Source: Octopus vulgaris
Taxonomy: Eukaryota
Length of the DNA stretch: 64,000 nucleotides
Assembly: GCA_951406725.2 (NCBI GenBank)
Contig: OX597826.1
Coordinates: 24,242,001 to 24,306,000, forward strand
Direction: 5' to 3'
In this document: in pieces, positions 29,263 to 43,841 of the stretch
Layout of the letters: each line of letters starts with the position of its first letter
Numbering within the stretch: position 1 is the first letter of the stretch
Program-made: the position numbers and the translations under genes
Notes under the pieces: model-generated
The model's database searches: none
Told to the model about the DNA's origin: nothing
What the model saw: the letters and a program-made list of their open reading frames with translations, nothing else

Positions 29263-29716
29263 GTATGTATATAAATGGACATGTGTATATAAATGGACAT
29301 GTGTATATATGTATGTGTGTGTGTGTGTGTATTTATATGTATATGTAATATAACTATGAGTATATAGATACATGTGTGTGTTTGTATATATTTATATATG
29401 TATATGCACACAAACACTCTTACATATATACACACACTTAGATCGTGCCATTTTGGTTTTATCCAGTCTAACATCTGTTAATCGTAATTAGTTTTATTTT
29501 TTTTTAATCTGTTCAGATATTTTATCTATTTCAAAAATAATTTTCTGGATTTTTTTTTTTATATGATTTTGATCATAAACTTTAATTTTTCTGGCTTATG
29601 ATCAAGTCTCTTCCTTTCACTCTTTTACCTTGCCTAAATATGCATGTATGTCTGTCTGCATGTGCATATATATATGTGTGTGTGTCTTTGTATATCTCTA
29701 TGTATGTATGTATATA

Positions 29717-29760
<44 letters not shown>

Positions 29761-29938
29761 TGCAACATAAAGACATACACATATATATGTGAATGTATGT
29801 ATATGTGTGTTTTTATGTTGAATGCATACACACACACATACATACAACTATGCACATATATACATATGTATATGCATTCAACATAAAAACACACATATAC
29901 ATACATTCACATATATATGTGTATGTCTTAATGTTGCA

Positions 29939-29994
<56 letters not shown>

Positions 29995-30170
29995 TATATA
30001 TATACATACATACATACAGATATACAAAGACACACACATATATATATGTATACATTTCTCTGAATAGCACACATACATAAGTGTGTGTATACGCACACAT
30101 GCAGACAGACATACATGCATATATATTTATGCAGACAGACATACACAGATATATATATATATATATATAA

Positions 30171-30222
<52 letters not shown>

Positions 30223-30899
30223 GTGTATGTATTTTTATTGTGTGCGTATGAGTATTTGCATAAATGCGTATATGTGTGTATATATCTGAGCATGTTTATG
30301 TCTATGTGTTTATGTATGTCTGAATTAAATAGTTGTACATCATGGTTTATCAAGTACTTCCAGTGAAAAAAAAAACCATGAAATTCTTTATCTTATTGTA
30401 AATTGATATAGAATGCAAAAAAATGTTAAAAGTCGCGTATCTTTAGTAAATATAGTCAGTAAACCGTTATTCAAGCGTGTAAATAATGAGATATTTTTTT
30501 ATTTAGATATATACACATACATATAAATGTGTGTGTGTATGTGTGTCTAATATATTGTATTGAATGTATGTGTTTGTATGTTATAGATATGTATGTGTAT
30601 GTCAGTGTTGCACTTGATGGCAAGTAGGTTTTCTAGTCATGGAAAAAAAAATATTTTAAACTTTGGTATCAATGTTTTGAAATGTAAGTATGTAGTGTCC
30701 AGACACCATAAAAATGCACTTAAGTGCGGAAGAGACACAGGAAGTTCTATGTGGTCGCTTCACCTGCCAGAAATAGCTGTCAGATGTCCTTCATATTATG
30801 CATTGCCTTCTTATTGGATGATATAGGTGCAGGTGTATGTTTCAGTTATTGGACTGCAGCTAAGTCTGGTAATTATGCTGTTAGACTCTTTTTCCTGAA

Positions 30900-31052
30900 C
30901 TGCTGTGTGGTAAGTAGTTTGCTTACGAACCACATGGTTCCGGGTCTAGTCCCACTGCGTGGCACCTTGGGCAAGTATCTTCTACTATAGCCTCGGGCCG
31001 ACCAAAGCCTTGCGAGTGGATTTGGTAGACGGAAAGTGAAAGAAGCCCGTTG

Positions 31053-31089
<37 letters not shown>

Positions 31090-31291
31090 ATGTTTGTGTG
31101 TCTGTATTTGTCTCCCCAACATCGCTTGACAACCGATGCTGGTGTGCTTACGTCCCCGTAACTTAGTGGTTCGGCAAAAGAGACTGATAAAATAAGTACT
31201 AGGCTTACAAAGACTAAGTCTTGAAGTTGATTTGCTCGACTATTGTGGTGCTCCATCATGGCCACAGTCACATGACTGAAACAAAAGAGTA
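30900..31291 (+). mobile_element. SINE family 1
   Basis: Matches 7120-7520. Confidence 0.88.
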
Positions 31292-32262
31292 AACCAATAT
31301 TGGTTTTCAAGCAATGAGAAGCTAACACAAAATCATATACACACACATCTATGCACTGAGACATGTGTGCATACACATGCACACAAGCACTCACGCATAT
31401 GCCTTCCCACTCACACATTCACATTAACTCACACGCACACACACACAATGGCTTGATTGGCCTGGGACTATAACAGAAGATACTCAAGCAAGATACCATA
31501 AAGTGGGACTGAACTCAAACCACATGGTTGCAAAGTAAATTTTCTAACCTCTACACAGCTATGCCTGCATTGAGTAAAAGCCTGAAATAGTCAGAATCGT
31601 GATGCCTTTGACAATAGGTCCACTCAGTTAGGGCTAGCTGGGGCTAAACAACAATAGTAGCATAACTGCATTGTTGAAATATGCAACCAAGGTTGGCATC
31701 GTCTTAGCGTCAAAATACTTTAGGAAAATGCTTCGATGCATGCAAGCTAAAGCTAGGATTAATCTCTTGAGATGAAGTGTGCAATGTCAAGACACTGCAT
31801 TTCAGATATACGCAGTTAATACCAGCCTAGAAAAGCAGGCTTGAAATTGATGATGATAATGTTGGTAGTGGTGGCAGTTGTTTTCCTGATCAAAATTGTT
31901 CCAGACATGGTCATCCCATCGGTTATTCATATATAGTGCATCCAACTAAATGAGCCAGTGTGTACTTTATACTTCACCATTTAAGATGGAACCTATAATG
32001 CACTATAGGCTGCTCCTTATCCCACTTATCTATGGTATTTAGGTGATTAAGAGTACAGGACACCCTTTCAAATAGGATACCAACCCCATTGCAGGGTTAG
32101 AAAAGCTGTCACTGGTAATCATTTTTAGCTAAGCAAACTCAGTAACATGAAATGAAGTACAGTACTGAAAGAAAGATACAACACACTGCTTGCTCCAAGA
32201 ATTGAACTCAAGATGAACTGATGGTGAGCTCAGTACTCTAATTACTAGTCCAACCACATACC

Positions 32263-32494
32263 TATTTCTTTATTGCCCACAAGGGGCTAAACACAGAGCG
32301 GACAAACAAGGACAGACATAGGTATTAAGTCGATTACATCGACCCCAGTGCGTAACTGGTACTTAATTTATCGACCCCGAAAGGATGAAAGGCAAAGTCA
32401 ACCTCGGCGGAATTTGAACTCACAACATGACGACAAGCGAAATACCGTTAAGCATTTCACCCAGCGTGCTAATGTTTCTGCCAGCTCTCCGCCT
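32263..32494 (-). mobile_element. SINE family 2 with 17-bp TSD
   Basis: TAGTCCAACCACATACC at 32246-32262 and 32495-32511. Confidence 0.92.
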
Positions 32495-32574
32495 TAGTCC
32501 AACCACATACCATCATCATAATCTTGTTAGGATTACATTATTTAGAATCCTTTTTCTTAACTGTAGCATGTTAT

Positions 32575-32992
32575 ATAGCAACATATGGATGCCAGACCTG
32601 GAAACTAAAGAAAGCTGACCAGAAGAGAATTAATGCATTCGAGCTTTGGTGTTGGAGAAGACTTTTGCGGATTCCATCAACAGCGAGGCTCACCAATGGA
32701 GAAGTTCTTAAGCAGATCAGGCCGATAATGTCGCTAGAAGCTAGAATCACCAAGCATAGATTGTCATATTTCGGTCATATTATGCAGAGAAAATCCCTGG
32801 AGAAGGACATCATGCTCGGAATGGTCAGTGGCAAGAGAGGAAGAGGCCGACCAAGAACCCGCTGGCTTGACACCATCAAGAGTGATACCGGAATGGACAT
32901 AGCCAATCTGAAAGAAGCAGTTCAGGATAGAACTGACTGAAGGATACTGATTCAACGAGTGACCGAGAGTCGACTTCGACTGAGCGGATAGA
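32575..32992 (+). mobile_element. RTE-BovB-like LINE 3' fragment with 11-bp TSD
   Basis: YGCQTW..AFELWCWRRLLRIP..YFGHIMQR.SLEKDIMLG..GRGRPRTRWLD; 3' end GAGTCGACTTCGACTGAGCG; TAGCATGTTAT at 32564-32574 and 32993-33003. Confidence 0.92.
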
Positions 32993-33718
32993 TAGCATGT
33001 TATTTGACTGCTCTTTCTTGCAGGTCATGCTACCTATGTCATGACAATGCTGTTGCTGTAGTTTTTGGTGGCAGTAGAGCTGCAGCTGTATGAGAATGCT
33101 TTAACAGTGTTCACATGCTTCAGATATTTTGATGACATAAGCCTGAAAATCGTGTGAATACATAGTCCACATCTGACATTGTTGAACACATTATATAAGA
33201 TCATTAGAAATAAAAAAAAAGAAGGATGACAATGATAATGGCACAGGTAATGTGGTGTGTGTTCATGTGTCAGTATGTATGTGTGTATATATATATGTAT
33301 GTGTGTTTGTGTGTATGTATGTATGTGTATATATATATATATATATATGTGTGTGTTTGTATGTATATATATATGTGTGTGTTTGTATGTATATATATAT
33401 GTATGTGTGTATGTATATGTATGTATATATATGTGTATATTTGTGTGTGTGTGTATTTGGTTTGCAAGATTCTTGATAATGGAATAGGCAGGAGACAAAT
33501 GGGGCAGAAAGTTGCTGAAGAGGTCACAGAATTAATGACAAAAAAAAATCTGACAAATAAGCTAACAACAACAAAAAATAAATAATAATAAAGAAATAAA
33601 GCTAAAGTGAAGATCAAATAAAATAGTGCATGTGTTTAATTGGCAAAAATAACCATGGCTAAATATAACAATAAGTGTATATATATATTTTAGAGAGACT
33701 TAGTAATTTTAATATTTC

Positions 33719-33756
<38 letters not shown>

Positions 33757-33791
33757 TTTTGTGTGTGTGTGCATACGTATATATATATATA

Positions 33792-34200
33792 TACTCTTTT
33801 ACTCTTTTACTTGTTTCAGTCATTTGACTGCAGCCATGCTGGAGCACCGCCTTTAGTCGAGCAAATCGACCCCGGGACTTATTCTTTGTAAGCCCAGTAC
33901 TTATTCTATCGATCTCTTTTTGCTGAACCGCTAAGTGACAGGGACGTAAACACACCAGCATCGGTTGTCAAGCAATGCTAGGGGGACAAACACAGACACA
34001 CAAACATACACACACGCATATATATATACATATATACGACAGGCTTCTTTCAGTTTCCGTCTACCAAATCCACTCACAAGGCATGGGTCGGCCTGGGGCT
34101 ATAGCAGAAGACACTTGCCCAAGATGCCACGCAGTGGGACTGAACCCGGAACCATGTGGTTGGTTAGCAAGCTACTTACCACACAGCCACTCCTGCGCCT
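33792..34200 (-). mobile_element. SINE family 1, full length
   Basis: Reverse complement of 7120-7520. Confidence 0.92.
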
Positions 34201-34234
34201 ATATCCATATATATATATACATATATATATATAC

Positions 34235-34359
<125 letters not shown>

Positions 34360-34374
34360 GTATATATATATATA

Positions 34375-34417
<43 letters not shown>

Positions 34418-34498
34418 GTTTATATATATATATATACTATATCATATGTATAATCTGATATATATATTTTTATTATTTTCACACTTCATTCGACCAAT

Positions 34499-34535
<37 letters not shown>

Positions 34536-34619
34536 GTGCATACATATGTATATATACATATGTGTGTGCTATTTTCACCATGCATTACCCTATCCTACGT
34601 GTGTGTGTGTGTGCCCCTG

Positions 34620-34774
34620 TCCACGTGCCAGACCGGCCCGTGCAGGTGGCACGAACCCCACACTCGGAGGTGGCAGGAAGGCATCCAGCTGTAGAAACAC
34701 TGCCAGACTGACTGGTCAGCTAGCCAGACGTCAAACTCCAACCCGTAGGGAAAACGGACGTTAAACGATGTGAT

Positions 34775-34778
<4 letters not shown>
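34620..34778 (+). mobile_element. short RTE 3'-end fragment
   Basis: CGTGCAGGTGGCACG...AGGAAGGCATCCAGCTGTAGAAACACTGCCAGA...GGACGTTAAACGATG. Confidence 0.7.
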
Positions 34779-34813
<35 letters not shown>

Positions 34814-34830
34814 TATATTATATATATATT

Positions 34831-34970
<140 letters not shown>

Positions 34971-35032
34971 GTATATATACATATGTATATATACATATGT
35001 ATATATATATATATATACATATGTATATATAC

Positions 35033-35104
<72 letters not shown>

Positions 35105-35204
35105 GTTTAAATATTTGTTGTGCAAGATTTTTTATGTAAAGTCGTGTGTATATTCCGAAATATAACAATATATATATATATATACATACATATGTATATA
35201 TAGC

Positions 35205-35243
<39 letters not shown>

Positions 35244-35347
35244 GTATATATAGCTATGTATATATATATGGATATATATATACATATATATATATATTAT
35301 TAAATCTCAGAACGAGATGTAAACAGTAATCGCTTGACAATGTAAAG

Positions 35348-35632
35348 TATAATAGCCATCTCAATATGGCTATCCACAAAGTGGGGTGTTACTGTAGCTT
35401 TTTAGCCCCAGCAGATCATCATCTCCAGCTGGCTTTAGACACAATTTCTGTGCCCTTAAGGTATTTGCGAAGAGAGGCCATCCCTTTCTCGTAAGCCTAA
35501 GTGATAGGCTTTGCAAATACCTTAAGGTTACAGAAATTGTGTCTAAAGCCAGCTGAGACGATGATCTCCTGGGGCTAAAAAGCTGCAGTAACACCCCGCT
35601 TTGTGGATAGCCATATTGAGATGGCTATTATA
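35348..35632. mobile_element. fold-back element related to 61204-61565
   Basis: ~125-bp inverted arms; shares ACTGTAGCTTTTAG..CATCTCCAGCTGGCT..TTTCTGTGCCC with the 61.2-kb element. Confidence 0.8.
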
Positions 35633-35665
<33 letters not shown>

Positions 35666-35768
35666 CATATATATATATATGTGGATATATATGTATATAT
35701 ATATGTGGATATATATGTATATATGGATATATATGTATATATGGATATATATATATATATATATGTAC

Positions 35769-35823
<55 letters not shown>

Positions 35824-35867
35824 TATATATATATGAATATATATATATATGAATATATATATATATG

Positions 35868-35921
<54 letters not shown>

Positions 35922-35927
35922 TATATT

Positions 35928-36057
<130 letters not shown>

Positions 36058-36119
36058 ATATATATATATATATTGGATATATATATATATATATATTGGA
36101 TATATATATGGATATATAT

Positions 36120-36510
36120 GATTTGATTTTGATTTTTGATTGATTTTTCCAGTTTCAGTTAATGAGCTGTGGCCATGCTGGGGCACCGCCATTTGGTTTG
36201 CTACACGATTTTACCTCACGGATGCTTTTTAGCAAACGCCATCTGATGCATGAGAGAGTTCGATGCAGCTGCCCTCATCTGCACTTCCTGCCGTGAAGTT
36301 GGTTCATCCGGGACACCTGACAGGAAGAGGTCCAGTCCTACTTTAAAGACATCCGCATCTACACCATGCAGGCCCCTCAGGTTCTTTGGGAGGATATTGA
36401 AGAGCTGTGGGCCTCTGAAGCCCAGGCTATCACAATATCTTGTCCTACATCTTGATGGCAAATTTGGAGTCCTTGGTACTACGCAGTGGCGCCCGGTTCT
36501 GGCATTTGTG
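36120..36510 (-). mobile_element. CR1-group LINE 3' fragment (second copy)
   Basis: ORF 36216-36461 matches the 16640-16918 peptide; (AAATC)n-type tail. Confidence 0.8.
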
Positions 36511-36560
36511 TGACTCTCGATGCCAAAAGCATATATATATATATATATGTATATATATAT

Positions 36561-36604
<44 letters not shown>

Positions 36605-36738
36605 ATATATATATATATATATCTGACCACGGCTTTCAACCGATATATATATATATATATATTTTGATTGCCCCAGTTCTGAAAAATCGATAAATATATA
36701 TATATATATATATTATTTCTTACAAACCTGAGCAACGC

Positions 36739-37744
<1,006 letters not shown>

Positions 37745-40523
37745 ATCATCATCATCATCATCATTATTTAGCATCCGCTTTCCATGCTAGCATGGGTTGG
37801 ACGGGTCAACTGGGGTCTGTGAAGCTGGAAGGCTTCGTCAGGCCCAGTCAGATCTGGCAGTGTTTCTACGGCTGGATGCCCTTCCTAACGCCAACCGCTC
37901 CGCGAGTGTAGTGGGTGTTTTTTACGTGCCACCTGCACAGGTGCCAGACAGAGCTGGTGAACGGCCACGAACGGATGGTGCTTTTACGTGTCACCGGCAC
38001 GGGGACAGGCGATGCTGGCAACGGACACGAACGGATGGTGCTTTTACGTGCCACCGACACGGGGCCAGAAAGAGCTGGCAAACGGCCACGAACGGACGGT
38101 GCTTTTACGTGTCACCGGCACGGGGGCCAGCCGTGGCTGGCAACGGACGCGAACGGATGGTGCTTTTACGTGCCACCGACACGGCCAGACAGAGCTGGCA
38201 AACGGCCACGAACGGATGGTGCTTTTACGTGCCACCGACACGGGGCCAGACAGAGCTGGCAAACGGCCACAAACGGACGGTGCTTTTACGTGTCACTGGC
38301 ACGGGGCCAGGCGAGGCTGGCAACGAACACGAACGGATGGTGCTTTTTCATGCCACCGACACGGGGGCCAGGCAGAGCTGGCAAACGGCCACAAGCGAAT
38401 GGTGCTTTTACGTATCACCGGCACGGGTGCCAGACGAGGCTGACAGCGGACACGAACGGATGGGTCACTTAACCCCTGCTTTCTGATATATGATTTGATT
38501 TTGATTGTTCTCACTGGTCTTGCCGGGTCTTCTCATGCACAGCATACTTCCATAGGTCTCGGTCTCTGGTCATTTCCTTGGTGTGACCTAGAGTTCGAAG
38601 GTCGTGCTTCACCACCTCGACCCAGGTTTTCCTGGGTCTACCTCTTCCACAGGTCCCCTCAACTGCCAGGGTGTGGCACTTTTTCACACACCTATCTTCA
38701 TCCATTCTCACCACATGACCATACCAGCGCAATCGTCTCTCTTGCACACAACATCTGATTCTTCTTAGGTCCAACTTTTCTCTCAAGGTACTTACACTCT
38801 GTCGACTATGAACACTGACATTACACATCCAACGGAGCATACTAGCTTCATTTCTCGCGAGCTTACGCATGTCCTCAGCAGTCACGGCCCATGTTTCACT
38901 GCCATGTAGCATGGCTGTTCGCACACATGCATCATACAGTCTGCCTTTTACTCTGAGCGAGAGGCCTTTAGTCACCAACAGAGGTAAGAGCTCCCTAAAC
39001 TTTGCCCAGGCTATTCTTACTCTAGCCGTTACACTTTCAGCACACCCGCCCCCACTACTGACTTGGTCACCAAGATAACGGAAGCTATCAACTACTTCTA
39101 GTTTTTCCCCCTGGAAAGTGACGGAAGTTGTTTTCTGCAGATTTTCAGAGGTTAATGCTCCCGAGCATCTTCCACATACAAAAACCATCTTCCTAGTTAG
39201 CCTTCCTATGACATTGCTGCACCTCTTATGTGTCCATAGCTTACACTTGGTGCATCTTATAGAGTTTCTACCTACACCTTTTCTACAGATCGAGCAGGGC
39301 CATCTACCTGAAGGCGTTTGTGATTTGTCTACCTTCCTACTTATTAGGACCATCTACCTGAAGGGATTTGTGGTTTGCTTGCCTTCCTACTTATTAGGAT
39401 TTTGGTTTTAGCTAGGTTGACTCTAAGGCCCTTCGATTCTAAACCATGCTTCCACACCTGAAACTTCTTCTCCAGTTCTGATAATGACTCAGCAATTAGA
39501 GCAAGGTCATCAGCATAGAGGAGCTCCCAGGGGCATCCTGTCTTGAATTCCTCCGTTATTGCCTGGAGGACTATGATAAATAGGAGGGGGCTGAGGACTG
39601 AGCCTTGGTGGACCCCTACCTCTACCCGGAATTCTTCACTGTACTCATTGCCAACCCTCACCTTACTAGCAGCGTCCCTGTACATGGCTTGCACAGCTCT
39701 CACTAACCATTCATCTATTCCTAGTTTCCTCATTGACCACCATATGAGGGATCGGGGGACCCTGTCGAAGGCTTTCTCCATGTCAACAAAAGCCAGGTAC
39801 AGGGGCTTATCTTTGGCTAGGTATTTCTCCTGCAGCTGCCTTACCAGGAATATAGCATCAGTGGTACTTTTTCCCTGGCACGAAACCAAACTGCATCTCA
39901 TCTAAACTAACTCTCTCTCTAATTAGTTGGCTTATGACCCTCTCTGTAACCTTCATCACCTGATCCAACAGCTTGATACCTCTGTAATTATTTGTATCTA
40001 GGGCATCACCTTTACCTTTGTAGCAGTTGACTATTATGCTGCTACACCAGTCATTGGGTATGACTCCTTCATGTATCACCTGATTAACTATACAGGTGAC
40101 TAGGCTATAGCCGACACTACCAGATATTTTGAGCATCTCTGCAGTGATACCTGATGGGCCTGGGGCTTTCCCTGTCTTCATGCTTCTAATTGCCTTAGCT
40201 ACTAAGGAACTATCAACCCTGATAGCTGGTCCCTCTGTTGGGTCAACGTTCGGCAGACTCTCTTTATCCCATTCATTTTCTTTATTCAGCAACCTTTCAT
40301 AGTGGCGTCTCCAAGCCTCTGTCTTTGCATCCTCGTTTAGCGCAAGTGAACCATCTTCCATGCGAACACACTTCTCTCCCACCACATCACAATTCTCTCT
40401 CACACACTGTCTTGCAACGCGAAACACCTCCAGTCTTTGGTCCTCACGGCGCAGAACATTGGCAAATTTTTTCTTATCTGCTTCCCCTCTGGCTAGATAG
40501 ACCTGTCTCCTAGCTTCCCTTTT
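37745..40523 (-). mobile_element. 5'-truncated RTE LINE (copy 2), disrupted
   Basis: RT is split across ORFs 39858-40523, 39344-39901 and 38511-39353 by a 1-nt insertion near 39870 and a 50-nt duplication near 39350; 9-unit UTR array; (GAT)n tail. Confidence 0.95.
37914..38461 (-). repeat. tandem array of nine ~60-nt GC-rich units in the RTE 3' UTR
   Basis: GGTGCTTTTACGTG(C/T)CACCG(A/G)CACG..GCCAG..CTGGC..ACGG(C/A)CACGAACGGAT repeated. Confidence 0.95.
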
Positions 40524-40777
40524 ATGTATATATGTATGTATATATACATATATGTATTTATATACATATATGTATATATATATATATATATGTGTGTGTA
40601 TATATATGTATATATACATATATGTATTTATGTATATATATTATATATATATATGTATATGTATGTATATATATGTATATATACATATATGTATATATAC
40701 ATATATATATATATGTATATATATATGTGTATATATATGTATATGTATGTATGTATATATATGTATGTATATATACA

Positions 40778-40827
<50 letters not shown>

Positions 40828-41741
40828 TATATATGTATATATATGTATATATACGTATATATGTATATATACGTATATATGTATATATACGTATATATGT
40901 ATATATATGTATATATATACGTATATATGTATATATATATGTATATATACATATATATGTATATATATAATGTATTTATGTATGTATGTGTATATATGTA
41001 TAAGTGTGAATACAATGTTTGTGAGTGAATATGACTCCAAATCATAAACTTTGCATGGCCACAGCCTGATAGCTGAATACATTAAGAAGATAATGTGTTT
41101 GCATGGATTGAGCAGTGTGTGTGTGCTTGCACATGTGCACGTATACACTAACATACACACACACTCCCATGTATTCTAGCTTGATCTACATTTGCATCCT
41201 TGGAAGGCCACATATTATAAAGATGACATCTCTGCCTCTTAGGTGCTGCTCTTATTGAGTAACGTGTAAACAACAGTTACAGCCTCTCTCTCTCACTCTC
41301 CCTATCTCCACCTTCCCCCCATCTGTATATATCTTACTATTTTTCCATTCTTTTCCCCATTTTTGTTACATAGCATTCAATTAGACGTCGATTGAATGAA
41401 GGTAAACTGCCTGAAGAGGCTTCAGAAATCTAAGATGCATTGCTAATTCTATCTTGTGTCATCTATCAAAAGTTATTCTTTGAGATGTCGCAAAAGCCAT
41501 TTGGAATTTCTGTTGGTTTATTCTATAGCTTTATTTTTGGTGTTTGTGTTTATTAATTTGAATGTTGTGTGCCTTTTTTTTTCTGTCCTCTTGTTTAGTA
41601 TCTCTTCACAGATGATGTGACTGACACCATTTTCTTGTCTTGTTTACACTTACAACCCTCCCCGCTTCTCTCTCTCTCTATCTCTCTTTCTCTCTGCACA
41701 TATCTTTCATCATTATCATATCTGTCTATCTTGTTATCTAT

Positions 41742-41796
<55 letters not shown>

Positions 41797-41971
41797 TAGA
41801 TAGATAGATAGTTATACACACATATACAACACAAAGATACATGCATGTGTGTGTATGTATATTATATATTATAGATAGATATTCATACTTGTATATAAAT
41901 ACATATATTCACACACACTCACACATAAAACTATGTACATGTTTGTATATATATATATATACATACATACA

Positions 41972-42022
<51 letters not shown>

Positions 42023-43577
42023 ATGTATGTATGTCTGTAATTATTTCTGGGGAAAATAGCCTTTGTGTAAGATGTGTTACAACAATCTAGTGTGGCAGGT
42101 AAAAATATAACATAAAAAAAGACAGCACAAAAGGAGAAAGAAACATGTTCTGAGAGAGCCAAGAATAATTTTTGATAATCAAAGAATATAGTTTAGTTTA
42201 CATTTCCTTTTTGTCTGAAACTTTACAGAGGCAGCAGCAGCAGCAGTTGTAGTCTTTGTTGTTGTTGTTGTTATTGTTGTTCTTTTTACCGTTTCCTTCA
42301 TTCTTCTTTTCTGGTTTTTATTCATTGTAAGATTCCACATCATTATGTATTGTTTTGTTATCTCGGTATAGATTTAAACTGACACATTATCATCTTAGTG
42401 GTTGTCATATTTAAACTATATACATTAATATATTCACCACCCCACTCTTCTTCACTAATCTTAGATAATTATTAGAAAGCTGTTGTTGTTGTTGTTACTA
42501 TTATTATTATTATTATTTATTCATTCATTTATTTTCCTCAGCTGTTATTATTGTGTGGTTGAGAACAAGAAGAGGAAGGAGGTGGAGGAGGAGGAAGAAA
42601 AAATAAGAGAATTTCTTTAGATATTTACATTGAGCTATTTAGAAATTTTGGTAAGACTATGCATTGTATAATTCTATGATCTACCATATTTTATTAACTC
42701 TAGACCTATTGACGGTTCCGCTGTTGTTATAAAAAAAAAGATAAAAGAGTTGGGGGGAAAACAATAACTCCCAAATCTTTGAAGTTGTCTGTTGTTTTGT
42801 TGTCTTCTTTTTGTTGTTGTTGAGAAAAGAACGATTTCCATGTAATTATTGATAAGGTCTTAAAAGTTTCTATGAGTACATTGCAGCTGCAATCAAAAAT
42901 TCTAAGAGCATTCTTGGAATAGTCAAAAGAACCATTTATAACAATCAATGGAAACACATTTTCATTATGTTTTTCCAGACATATGATGTGATAGACGAGA
43001 CGGCACCTCACTTGTCGAAACATCATTTGGTGCGGGTGGGAGTGGCAGGAGCCACATTTCGTCTAAGAGGATATTCCTGCAGTAAATGGGCTAAAAGAAT
43101 GTCAAAAGTCACCTATCTGATTGCAACATTACTGAAATGGTGGTTTGCAGGGTCAGATTTAAAGGAGTCTCTGGTTTGTTTCCAATGTTTCATAGACATA
43201 GGGTTAAAAAGGCACAAACATGGATGTATGTTAAGAAGTCTGCTTCCAAGCCACATTGTTCTGTTTCACTTCCACTTCATGGCACCTTGGGCAAGTGTCT
43301 TTTACTACAGCCTCAGGTCAGCCAAAGCTATGTGTAAGAGAGTGAGGAAATGTTTCAGTGCATGCAGCCCCTCGTGGTGGGGGATCACTATGTAAAGGCT
43401 CTAGATATGCATTCTTAGAACCAATTTGGAGTGCTGGATTGGTAGAACTGCAAGAAAGCTGGCACCTTAAATGCCTTCAGTAGATCCTGCTCTCTTGCAA
43501 GCATTTGAGCCAGTCTACTTGTTTGATGATAATTTCCTTCCTTCTTCTCTCCTACTAGACTTGAAGATCTTGCAAAG

Positions 43578-43841
43578 CAGTGCTTCTCAACCATCTTTTT
43601 TTTACCTATGGACCTCTTTGATTCTTATTGTAATCTACTGGACCCTCTTAGCTATTTGATGTTTAAAAAAACCTTACAATTATATTCTCATAATTCAATA
43701 TTATAAGGAATTGTATTAAAAAATTGTTAAGATATTTTGTGCACTGTAGAAGTAAAGCCAAATTATTGCACATAAATTTTTACAGCAAAATCTTATAGGG
43801 AACCTCAAGGGCCACATATGAACCACAGTTGAGAACAACTC
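43578..43841. mobile_element. hAT-type MITE
   Basis: CAGTGCTTCTCAAC ... GTTGAGAACAACTC imperfect TIR; TSD degenerate. Confidence 0.65.

Noticed and set aside
37914-38461. CRISPR array
   Set aside because: Units are similar along their whole length with no unique spacers, there are no cas genes, and the context is a eukaryotic LINE UTR.
37797-38486. ORFs over the GC-rich array
   Set aside because: Open in several frames on both strands because the repeat unit lacks stops.
41411-41500. Hammerhead starting CTGAAGAGGCTT
   Set aside because: No convincing stem II followed by GAAA, stem III and NUH.
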